This document shows positions 36,458-44,969 of a stretch of 64,000 nucleotides of DNA, piece after piece. The stretch's first letter is position 1. Each line of letters starts with the position of its first letter. The position numbers and the translations under genes are program-made. The stretch is taken from assembly GCA_963619535.1 (NCBI GenBank), contig CAVEWV010000004.1:1983-65982 (forward strand), read 5' to 3'. Under the pieces are notes generated by a model that did no database searches, had not been told where the DNA came from, and saw only the letters and a program-made list of their open reading frames with translations. The stretch comes from Acutalibacteraceae bacterium. GTDB lineage: Bacteria > Actinomycetota > Coriobacteriia > Coriobacteriales > UMGS124.

Positions 36458-36982
36458 ATGGATACTCGTATGGATCGCAGGTCGTTCCTCAAGAACGCCG
36501 CCCTGGTCGGCGCAGCCCTCGTCGCCGCCCCCGCGCTCCTGGGCGCCGTCGAGCCGCAGAAGGCGCTGGCGGATGGTGGTACGTGCACGTGCAACGTTTG
36601 GGTTAAGCCGACTGGTGCGCCTGCTATTGCCATTGGACTTGGCAATGTGGCGTATATGACTAACCCGAATACGCCTGGCAACGGTGGTTTCCCGACGAGC
36701 GCTGCTCAGGACAATGCTTCGTACACCGACAACGGCGATGGCACGTGGACTGTTACTATCCCCCTTGTCAACACGATGTTTACTTTGACTTCCTATACGG
36801 ATGACGGTTCCCAGGAGTGCAAGATTGAGAGCGGTGCTTATTCTGATGGCCACTACACTTCTCTCGTTGTAACCCTGCCGGCTGTGTCCGCCACCTACAC
36901 TTATGCTGCTACAGAGCATGCTTCTTATGCTCTGTACGAGGGCGATAAGAGGTGGAATATTAACATCCAGCTGTCTCTTTAG
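36458..36982 (+). CDS. Tat-secreted single-module protein of unknown function, 174 aa
   Basis: Track ORF 36209..36982, started at ATG 36458 (AAAGGAG 8 nt upstream). MDRRSFLKNAALVGAALVAAPALLGA twin-arginine signal. The mature part resembles the repeated module of the downstream giant protein (NVAYMTNPNTP ... IPLVNTMFTL). Confidence 0.75.
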   Translation: MDTRMDRRSFLKNAALVGAALVAAPALLGAVEPQKALADGGTCTCNVWVKPTGAPAIAIGLGNVAYMTNPNTPGNGGFPTSAAQDNASYTDNGDGTWTVTIPLVNTMFTLTSYTDDGSQECKIESGAYSDGHYTSLVVTLPAVSATYTYAATEHASYALYEGDKRWNINIQLSL

Positions 36983-37111
36983 TATCTGCTATCGAGGCAC
37001 ATCGGGCACTTCCTGGATGCGCATCGATAGCAACAGACTTCCGTAACGGGTGCGCCCGCCGTGCTACAGCGCGGTGGGCGTATGCGGTTCTTGTGCGACA
37101 GGAGCACATTA

Positions 37112-40100
37112 ATGAAATCAAGCCAATTGCAATGCAAAGGTGCGGCATTGGGGCAACGTTTTCTTGCTGTCTTCATGTCTGCAGCCATGGTGTTCTCAAC
37201 AATTCCATTGCCCGCATATGCCGATGATACTATTGATTCTGATTTTGCAGATCAGGCGGCTGTTGTCGAGCAGGGGTCCCTTGAGAATGAATTCAATCTA
37301 CCTGAAAATGCTGCCGAGCAAGCCGAGACGGTAAACGAAGAAAACCCCGAGGCGGTTGACACAGCTGAACAGGAAATTGCTGCTGAATCTGATGTTGCGC
37401 AATCTGGTGTAACAGATGAGGGAGGGACCGCTGCTCCTTCTGCCGCTGATGAAGCAACTGCTTCTTCTGCGGGGAAAAATGGTGGGGATTTTGAAATCGA
37501 TGCTTCGGACGATGGCGAATCAACGTTAGTTTGCACAATAAATGGAGCAGAGACGACAGCCGCCGATGCCGTTTCGTCTGTTTTCGAATATTGTGACACT
37601 GAAGGTGTTGCGCCAACTTACGTTGCTGTGTCTATCACAACGTCTGACGATACGCTCAAAGAGCAGCTGGCCAGCGCAACAATCAAAGTCGAACATAACC
37701 CAGCGAGCTTTAATGTTCAAGCTGTACATGAAGCTTTAAATAATAACTTTGATGCAGAGGTTCAGTCTGACTATTTTACTGTTAGCCTCATTAATCAAAA
37801 TGGTGAAATAGCGGTTAGCCAAAATGATGTCACGCAAATACAATTGACTGTTCCCGTAACAACTAATGCCTCTGTTTTTCGATTTGATGAAAATGCAGGT
37901 TTGAGTCAGCTCTCCACCCTTTCGTTTGACGGCGAGAAACTTGTGGTAGAGGCGGATAAACTCGGTACGATTGCGGTAGCTAAAGACGTTTCTCTTCCTG
38001 TGCCGCAGGAAGAGTCGGCTTCAGATTCCAACGACGCAAGTAGCGACTTATCGTCTCCGGTTTCTCCCTCCTACAACGCCGTCGCCAACCTCGTGGCCGG
38101 CTACGACGTCGAGGGCGAGAAGTTCGACCTGTACCTGAACGCCGCCACCGACGGCAAGACGATGGAGCAGCCCCGCGAGTCGGCCAACGCCGTGGCCGTG
38201 GCGGGCGACGGCTTCGTGACCCTGACGGTGCCCGTCGAGCCCTCCTACGCCCAGGCCGGCCTGGCCCTGGGGTCGCTGGGCGCCCCCGACGGCGCCGGCG
38301 TCGAGGCGTCCCTGTCCGGCGACGGCCTGACCGCCACGTTCAGGCTGACCGAGCGCGCCGACTCCTACGAGCTCTCCGGCTCGGCCGACTACTACGGCTA
38401 CGCCTCGTCCTCGATGCGCCTGGACGTCTCCGTCCCCTCCGAGGTGCTCGACGAGGCGTTCGGCTGCGTTGCTCCTGTCAGTGCTTCGACGGGATTTGCT
38501 GCAGGTGCCTATGCAGTAACGGCTAATCTTTATGCACTCGATGATGGGGGAAATCCCGTTTTTCTGTCGTCTGTTCCTCCTGACGGGGTGGGTATCGGCG
38601 CGTCCACGGATGAAAACGGTCTCATTCTTAATGGTGCCCGTTCACTGACACGCTATGACGGCACCACTACGCTTGATGTCTGGTTGGACGAATCCGTCTC
38701 GTATGACTCTTTGGGTGCGTCATCAAATGTCGCAAGCGCGCAAGTTCTTGATGACCAATACAGCCTGTTCCATGCTTCTTTCGTTCTTTCAGACTTGTCT
38801 GGTCGATATGACTTCAGCGGCGCTTCGGTTACAAAGAATGGCGTAACGTATACCCGACTGTTTCTTCGCGTTGATTATGCAAATGCTACCGATTTGTATT
38901 CGTCCAACGTTGCCCCGAACAGTGGGAATGACGACCTTGCGCCTGGCACATATGAAGTTACGGCAAATCTCTATGTTCCCGGTGAGTACAATCCTATTTT
39001 GGTTGGTTATAACGCATATATGGGCAGTCCCGAATTTCCGCCCACGCGGCCGGTGTACCCCGGCTTTACTCCTGATGTAGAGGAAGATCTTGGGTGGACA
39101 TACGCCGGTACGTTGACGGTAAACGATGACCATACCGCAACGCTTGACTTGCCTATTAACTGCACGGCCTTCACTCTTCAAAGCGTTGGTGGTTCTGAAA
39201 ATGCCAGGGTAACCGATGTCGAATGGGGAACAGATTCCACGGTTTTGGGAATCCTGTCTAAAAATGGTATCAATGGTTATATTACGCATCTCACTTTCTC
39301 ATTGGATGATTTAAGCACCGGGTTTTACGTCTTTACGGACTGCTCGGAGTTTCCGGTTCCGTTTGAGCAGGTATGGAATCTCCCTCTCTATCTCAAGGTT
39401 GACCTGGGTAATGCGCATACTCCTGGCGAGAATCCGGACAATCCTGATGAACCTGGAAATTATGAGGAAACGCTCACTGATGCGTCCGGTGCCATTTCGC
39501 TCGATTTAACCGCTTCTTCTGCTGTTGTTGCGAACAAGTGGAACGGTGCTACTCTCGTCGTAGAGCGCATCGTTTCAGGTGAGGATTACTCTAAGGTAAA
39601 TAGTGAAATTGCCTCTCTGTTTAGCAGGGATGACGCCTCGTTCGCAATGTATGACATACAGGTTCTCGATGCTGATGGCCTGCCTCTTGACCTCTCTGCT
39701 TTCGATTCAGCTGTGTATCGCCTGATCGATACACGTGGCGTTTTCGGCATTCCTGAAAACCAGCCAATATATGATGCCCTTTATTACTTTACATATAATG
39801 GCGAGACGCTTGAGCGTTTTGCGGGTAATAACAGCTTCGCGAATGGTTTTGGTTCAGCTGTTGTCACCGACTGGAATGCTACGGAATCCGGGAGTTTTGT
39901 CCTTGTCTACCCCTATACATATGCAAGTGGGGTAGCTAGCAAAGTCGGACTACCTGTTTCGTTGGAGCTTGCGGATGTGACGGGCGTGTCGGTTGTCGGT
40001 TCGCTCACTGATTATCAGAGCGCAATCAAATCTGATGACTTTGGTTCGCTCAAATTGCTCTCGAGCGTTGAGTCCAACGGTGACAAGGTTGAGAAGGCCC

Positions 40101-43100
40101 AATCGGCTCTTGCTGAACTTGGCAGCATGCCTTACGACAAATGCAATGTGAAAGCAATCGCAACAGCAATAGCCAGGATCGATGGGTCGTATATCCAGAC
40201 ATGGGCGTATTCCAGTGTTACGGATACATACGTCTACAAAATCCCCGTGGATACGCCTGATTCGACCATTTATTTGATAACTGTCGACTCGGCGGGTGAT
40301 AGTAGCTGCCAGCCAATTCCCGAGTCTAATCTGGTTATAACTAATGATGGAGCCGAGATTTCCTGGACGATGCCTCGCAATTGGGATGAAAAAGTCCAGG
40401 TAATCGAGCTATTCAAGGCATTGTACCGTGGCGCCACAGGCGACCCGAACAATGAGGGCTATGCATACTACGCCGTTGTTTCTAACGGGGAGTCTGACAA
40501 GATTGTTCCCACTGAACCAGTTGCCACTTCGGACCTGATTTACTCAGGTGCAGCCCAGACTGGTGTTATCGCAGGCGAGGGCTATACGCTTTCAGGTGAC
40601 TTCCAGGCAACTGATGCCGGCACTTACAAGGCGCTTGCCACCCTGGATGCTGGTTATGTCTGGAAGGACGGCTCCAAGGACGCAAAGACCATCGAATGGT
40701 CTATCGCTAAGGCAATGCTGACGGCCACCTATGCGGGCGAGCAGGTCATGCGCGGAGTAGAGCCTGGCTATGCGGTGAGCGTCGAGGGCTTCGTTGACGG
40801 CGAGAACGTTACCAACGCCGATGAATTTGTTATGCCCGCAATTGCCGACAAGGACAAGCCTGCCGCATCCGAGTTGGTGGCTGGCTTCTTCAAGGAGCTT
40901 GCTCCCTCAGGCGGTTCTGCAAAGAACTACCAGTTCAAGTATGTTGGCGGCACGTTGAAGGTCGTTGCCGCCGCGGGTGACCTCAAGCCCGGTACGTACA
41001 CGGTGACGGCTAACCTGTTCGTTCCCGGCGAGCTCAACGCGGTGCTGGTGGGCGTGAACGCGTACCTTACCAACCCCAGCACCCCTCTGACCGACGGCAG
41101 CGCTCCGACCAAGCCTGTTTCGGACAACGCGACGTTGACGGTTGCTGAGGACGGCACCATCACGCTTGACCTGGATGTTGTGAACCCCGTATTCACACTC
41201 CAGAAGATTGGCGGTGGCACCAATGCCCAGGCCACCGTTACGGGCAAGGGCGACTCCGTTGGAGCTTCCGACGCCCAGTACAAGACGCGCATCTCAAAGC
41301 TCTCCATCAAGCTGCTCGATTCTACGGGCACCTATATCTTCTCAGACTGCCTGGAGTACCCCACGCTTCTCAACCAGGTGTGGACGGTGCCGCTGACGCT
41401 CAATGTTGACTTCTCCAACGTTGACACGGTTGAACCCGCTCCCGACCCGACGCCTGACCCCAAGCCCGATCAGCCGGTGCAGGTTGCCGTGCCTGCTGCT
41501 AAGGCAAATCTGACCTACAACGGCAAGACCCAGACCGGCGTTGCTGCAAGCAAGGCCTACACGCTCGTGGGTGCTACGGCCAAGGATGCTGGCACTTACA
41601 CGGCCACGGCCACGCTGAACGAGGGTTACGAGTGGGCCGACGGCACGACTGGCGCTAAGACCGTCACCTGGACCATCGCCAAGGCCAAGCTCACGGCCAC
41701 CTATGCAGGGGAGACCATCGTCGAGGGCGGCGAGCCTGCCTATGCCGTGGATGTGACGGGCTTTGTGGGCGGCGATACCGTTTTGACCGCCGAAGGCTTT
41801 GAGGCCCCCTCTGTCTCCAAGGTTGCTGCCGATCAGCTCGTTGCGGGCAAGAGCTTCACGCTCACCCCTGCGGGCGGTGCGGCCAAGAACTACTCTTATA
41901 TATATGTTGCAGGCACGCTGAAGGTGACAGCCCCGGTGGGCACCATCGCCCCCGGTACCTATCAGGTCACGGCCAACCTGTACGTGCCCGGCGAGCTCAA
42001 CTCCGTGCTGGGCAAGAACGCCTATCTCACCAACCCCTCCACCCCCATCACCGACGGCAACGCGCCCCTCACGCCTGTCTCCGACAACGCCAAGCTCGTG
42101 GTGCGCTCTGACGGCAGCCGCGTGCTCGTCATCCCGGTGGTGAACCCCGTGTTCACGCTCCAGGGTATGGGCGACGGCGCAAACGTGAAGGTGCTTGGCA
42201 GCGTGCGCGGCAACGACGTCGTGGGCTCCACCCAGGTGAGCGACCGTATCACCGAGCTGTATGTGGAGCTGGGCGACGATTCCGGCTCCTACCAGCTGGG
42301 CGACTGCGTGGAGTTCCCCACGCTGCTCAACCAGACCTGGAACGTGCCTCTGCGCATCTCGGTGGACTTCGCCTCGATGAAGCAGCTTTCGAACAGCTCG
42401 ACCATCACCGTCCCCGGGCAGAACGGTACCGACAAGCCCGGCAACGGCACCAACGGCGGTTCCGACAACAACGGCGGCAACGGCTCGAACAACAACGGCA
42501 ACCAGGGCAACAACTCTGGCACCAACAACGGCGCCAACGGCGGCGGCCAGGGCAACAACGGCACGGGCGACAACGCAAACAACGGCGGCAACAACGGCCA
42601 GGGCACCACGGGCAACGTCGACAACTCCGACGGCAGCTATCGCCTCACCGCCGGCACCTACACGGTAACCGCCAACATCTGGCTGTCCGACCGCTCGGCC
42701 ACGGGCCTGCCCCTCATGCCCTACCTCACGAGCGGCGACTTCCCGCCCATGTACCCCGTCACCGGCAACGCCACGCTCACGGTGGACGAGTCGGGCCACG
42801 CCACGTTGCGCGTGCCTATCGCCATCCAGAGCAAGGTCATGACGGTGAGCGGCATCTCGGGCCTGGACATCGTGGGCACCGAGTACTCCGGCGGCTACGT
42901 GAGCGCCGTCACCATCGACCTGGGCACCATCACCGACATGAGCGGCGTCATCACCCAGAGCTGCTCGGCCACCATCGTGATGGGCAGCCTGGCCTCCACC
43001 ATCTCGGGCATCACGGGCTCGCACACCTGGCCCGCCACGTTCCAGGTGGTGTTCACGGGCGTGCCGGTGAGCAGCAACGCCGGCAGCTCCTACGACTGGA

Positions 43101-43453
43101 GCAAGGCCGCCGCAGCCGCAGGCCTCACGGCCGGCGTGGGCGAGCTTGCCGCCGAGGGCACGGGCGCCGCTGCCGACCTCGAGTTCCTCTCGGTTGCCAC
43201 CAAGGCCGCCACGCAGGGCGCCATGCACGCTGCTGCCGGCGCGGCTGAGGCTAGCGTGGCCGAGAACACGGCCGCCGACTTTGTGGGCACGGGCGTTTCG
43301 GGAGTGCTCACCGCGCTCGACCCCGACGCCGCAAGCGGCACCGACGCCACGGCGGCCCTCGCGCTGGCTGCGGCCCTTACGGGCGGCGAGGTTGCGACCG
43401 CCACGGGCGCGGAGGCGTTTGAGGCTGCCTTCTTGGCTGGCAAGGCTGCCTAG
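37112..43453 (+). CDS. Large secreted multi-module protein (five VTANLYVPGE-type modules, two MBG-like domains, Asn/Gly-rich linker), no recognisable anchor, 2113 aa
   Basis: Track ORF 37061..43453, started at ATG 37112 (AGGAG 7 nt upstream). Signal peptide FLAVFMSAAMVFSTIPLPAYA. Module starts at ~38504, 38945, 40991, 41954 and 42653. MBG-like LTATYAGE..V.G.EP.Y.V.V.GFV.G ... NY.(F/Y).YV.GTLKV at ~40720 and ~41690. N/G-rich run 42410-42640. Ala-rich C-terminus without LPXTG or a TM helix. Confidence 0.8.
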   Translation: MKSSQLQCKGAALGQRFLAVFMSAAMVFSTIPLPAYADDTIDSDFADQAAVVEQGSLENEFNLPENAAEQAETVNEENPEAVDTAEQEIAAESDVAQSGVTDEGGTAAPSAADEATASSAGKNGGDFEIDASDDGESTLVCTINGAETTAADAVSSVFEYCDTEGVAPTYVAVSITTSDDTLKEQLASATIKVEHNPASFNVQAVHEALNNNFDAEVQSDYFTVSLINQNGEIAVSQNDVTQIQLTVPVTTNASVFRFDENAGLSQLSTLSFDGEKLVVEADKLGTIAVAKDVSLPVPQEESASDSNDASSDLSSPVSPSYNAVANLVAGYDVEGEKFDLYLNAATDGKTMEQPRESANAVAVAGDGFVTLTVPVEPSYAQAGLALGSLGAPDGAGVEASLSGDGLTATFRLTERADSYELSGSADYYGYASSSMRLDVSVPSEVLDEAFGCVAPVSASTGFAAGAYAVTANLYALDDGGNPVFLSSVPPDGVGIGASTDENGLILNGARSLTRYDGTTTLDVWLDESVSYDSLGASSNVASAQVLDDQYSLFHASFVLSDLSGRYDFSGASVTKNGVTYTRLFLRVDYANATDLYSSNVAPNSGNDDLAPGTYEVTANLYVPGEYNPILVGYNAYMGSPEFPPTRPVYPGFTPDVEEDLGWTYAGTLTVNDDHTATLDLPINCTAFTLQSVGGSENARVTDVEWGTDSTVLGILSKNGINGYITHLTFSLDDLSTGFYVFTDCSEFPVPFEQVWNLPLYLKVDLGNAHTPGENPDNPDEPGNYEETLTDASGAISLDLTASSAVVANKWNGATLVVERIVSGEDYSKVNSEIASLFSRDDASFAMYDIQVLDADGLPLDLSAFDSAVYRLIDTRGVFGIPENQPIYDALYYFTYNGETLERFAGNNSFANGFGSAVVTDWNATESGSFVLVYPYTYASGVASKVGLPVSLELADVTGVSVVGSLTDYQSAIKSDDFGSLKLLSSVESNGDKVEKAQSALAELGSMPYDKCNVKAIATAIARIDGSYIQTWAYSSVTDTYVYKIPVDTPDSTIYLITVDSAGDSSCQPIPESNLVITNDGAEISWTMPRNWDEKVQVIELFKALYRGATGDPNNEGYAYYAVVSNGESDKIVPTEPVATSDLIYSGAAQTGVIAGEGYTLSGDFQATDAGTYKALATLDAGYVWKDGSKDAKTIEWSIAKAMLTATYAGEQVMRGVEPGYAVSVEGFVDGENVTNADEFVMPAIADKDKPAASELVAGFFKELAPSGGSAKNYQFKYVGGTLKVVAAAGDLKPGTYTVTANLFVPGELNAVLVGVNAYLTNPSTPLTDGSAPTKPVSDNATLTVAEDGTITLDLDVVNPVFTLQKIGGGTNAQATVTGKGDSVGASDAQYKTRISKLSIKLLDSTGTYIFSDCLEYPTLLNQVWTVPLTLNVDFSNVDTVEPAPDPTPDPKPDQPVQVAVPAAKANLTYNGKTQTGVAASKAYTLVGATAKDAGTYTATATLNEGYEWADGTTGAKTVTWTIAKAKLTATYAGETIVEGGEPAYAVDVTGFVGGDTVLTAEGFEAPSVSKVAADQLVAGKSFTLTPAGGAAKNYSYIYVAGTLKVTAPVGTIAPGTYQVTANLYVPGELNSVLGKNAYLTNPSTPITDGNAPLTPVSDNAKLVVRSDGSRVLVIPVVNPVFTLQGMGDGANVKVLGSVRGNDVVGSTQVSDRITELYVELGDDSGSYQLGDCVEFPTLLNQTWNVPLRISVDFASMKQLSNSSTITVPGQNGTDKPGNGTNGGSDNNGGNGSNNNGNQGNNSGTNNGANGGGQGNNGTGDNANNGGNNGQGTTGNVDNSDGSYRLTAGTYTVTANIWLSDRSATGLPLMPYLTSGDFPPMYPVTGNATLTVDESGHATLRVPIAIQSKVMTVSGISGLDIVGTEYSGGYVSAVTIDLGTITDMSGVITQSCSATIVMGSLASTISGITGSHTWPATFQVVFTGVPVSSNAGSSYDWSKAAAAAGLTAGVGELAAEGTGAAADLEFLSVATKAATQGAMHAAAGAAEASVAENTAADFVGTGVSGVLTALDPDAASGTDATAALALAAALTGGEVATATGAEAFEAAFLAGKAA

Positions 43454-43610
43454 GATTCGCTGCGGTTGCGCTGCGGAAGGGTGTATGTGCGTCGGTTCGC
43501 CGCGCCCTTCCGCGCCGTGCCGCACAAAATCCCAGGGTTCGTTACACGATCTGCGGGCAGGGCGGGGGAGCCGCGCTTCCCTGCCCGCCCCGCGCGATAG
43601 GAGATGAGAC

Positions 43611-44747
43611 ATGCAGATTTCGATGAAGGCCGCAGCCGGCGTGCTTGTGCCGCTTGCGCTTGCAGGCACCTGCCTTGCGTGCGCCCCCACGGCTGCCTGG
43701 GCCGATGCTGCCGCGGAGCCTGCGGTTGCGGCCGCTGAACAGGCCGCCGAGGCCGCCAGCACCGATGAGGCCGCTGCAACCGATGAGGTGTTTGCCGATG
43801 GCGTACTGACGTTTGGCGGCATGCAGGTGACGCTGCCCGCCGACATGCAGGTGCGCGTGGCGGGCACGCTTGCCAGCGCCGTCAACGCGGAGGGCACGCT
43901 TACCGCAAGCGTGGAGGACATCTCCTTTGCCACGCTGCCCGACAAGGCCGACCTGGCCGCCGCGTTTGCCGACGCCGCCAACAAGACGGTTACCGGCTAT
44001 GCCACGGCGTCCGTCACCGACAAGGGCACGCACAGCCTGGCAGAGGGCGTGACGGCCTACGTGTACGAGCTCGACGTGACGGGCCCCTACACTGCCGTAA
44101 AGAACGCCGACGGCACCACGACCGCCTCCGAGGTGGGCCCCGAGGGCCACTGGACCATCACGCAGGAGTATGTGGCGCTCAAAGACGGCGGCTTCGCCCT
44201 CGTGCAGGTGGCAGTGTCTGAGACGGCATCCGATGAGGACGTGGCTGCGGCAAAGGCGGCCGTGGAGTCCATCGCGATTGCGCCTGAGAAGGACGCGTCC
44301 GATGACGCCGCCGCCAAGGCCGACGACGGCCGTGCGCATGCGGGCAGTTTCACGTTTGAGCTGCCCGAAGGCCTGCGCGAGGCGTCTGATGAGCTCGTGT
44401 GGCTCGGCACGACCGACAACGTGCTGGTGGAGGCCACAGGCGCGCTCGTGGAGGCCGAGGACGCCAAGACGCTGGACGACGAGGGCACGAAGGCCCTGTT
44501 CGAGGCCGCGGCCGAGGGCATGGGGGCCACATTCGAGGGCTCGAGCGTTCGCAAGGCGGGAGACACCGACCTCACGGTGGGCGTGTTCTCGCTGCCGAAC
44601 GGCGCGGAGACCTACGAGTGCCTCATCGTGCTGGTGCCCGTGGAAGACGGAAGCATCGAGGGCCTCACGGTTGTGTGTGACCCAGCGGCTGCGAAGGCGT
44701 GGGCCGACAAGTTGGACACGATGTTCTCGTCCATCGAGGTGTTGTAG
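43611..44747 (+). CDS. Secreted hypothetical protein, 378 aa
   Basis: AGGAG upstream of the start. Signal peptide AAGVLVPLALAGTCLACAPTAAWA. Acidic, Ala-rich mature protein with no motif I recognise. Confidence 0.65.
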   Translation: MQISMKAAAGVLVPLALAGTCLACAPTAAWADAAAEPAVAAAEQAAEAASTDEAAATDEVFADGVLTFGGMQVTLPADMQVRVAGTLASAVNAEGTLTASVEDISFATLPDKADLAAAFADAANKTVTGYATASVTDKGTHSLAEGVTAYVYELDVTGPYTAVKNADGTTTASEVGPEGHWTITQEYVALKDGGFALVQVAVSETASDEDVAAAKAAVESIAIAPEKDASDDAAAKADDGRAHAGSFTFELPEGLREASDELVWLGTTDNVLVEATGALVEAEDAKTLDDEGTKALFEAAAEGMGATFEGSSVRKAGDTDLTVGVFSLPNGAETYECLIVLVPVEDGSIEGLTVVCDPAAAKAWADKLDTMFSSIEVL

Positions 44748-44847
44748 CGGAACCTGGCCTGTCGCGTTCTCCGAAGGCCCATGTGCTCCAGCACGCATCG
44801 CCTTCGGACGCCTTGCAGGCCAGAACCCGCGCTTTTGAGGATTGAAC

Positions 44848-44882
44848 CGCCGGGCGCGGGGGGATGCCCCCGCGCCCGGCGG
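44848..44882. other. 16-bp perfect GC hairpin / inverted repeat
   Basis: CGCCGGGCGCGGGGGG (atg) CCCCCGCGCCCGGCGG, with no U-tract on either strand. Confidence 0.6.
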
Positions 44883-44895
44883 CGGGTTCGGCACG

Positions 44896-44948
44896 TCGAG
44901 ATGGACGTGCATTACTCCGCCGTGGGCATCGTCACGCGCATCGAGGCG
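44896..44948 (+). pseudogene. 53-bp remnant of an activase-like gene
   Basis: 51 of 53 nt identical to 13387-13439 of the intact activase gene (EMDEHYSAVGIVTRIEA versus EMDVHYSAVGIVTRIEA). No homology on either flank. Confidence 0.8.
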
Positions 44949-44969
44949 CTATGCCCGCACACCCTCGCG

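Noticed and set aside
36458-43453. A confident annotation of the repeated module as a heme-binding NEAT domain.
   Set aside because: The resemblance is only in overall strand pattern and in the single-domain plus multi-domain gene layout. The canonical YxxxY and SMxxxxY-type motifs are not evident. I keep it as a hypothesis in the findings rather than a feature call.
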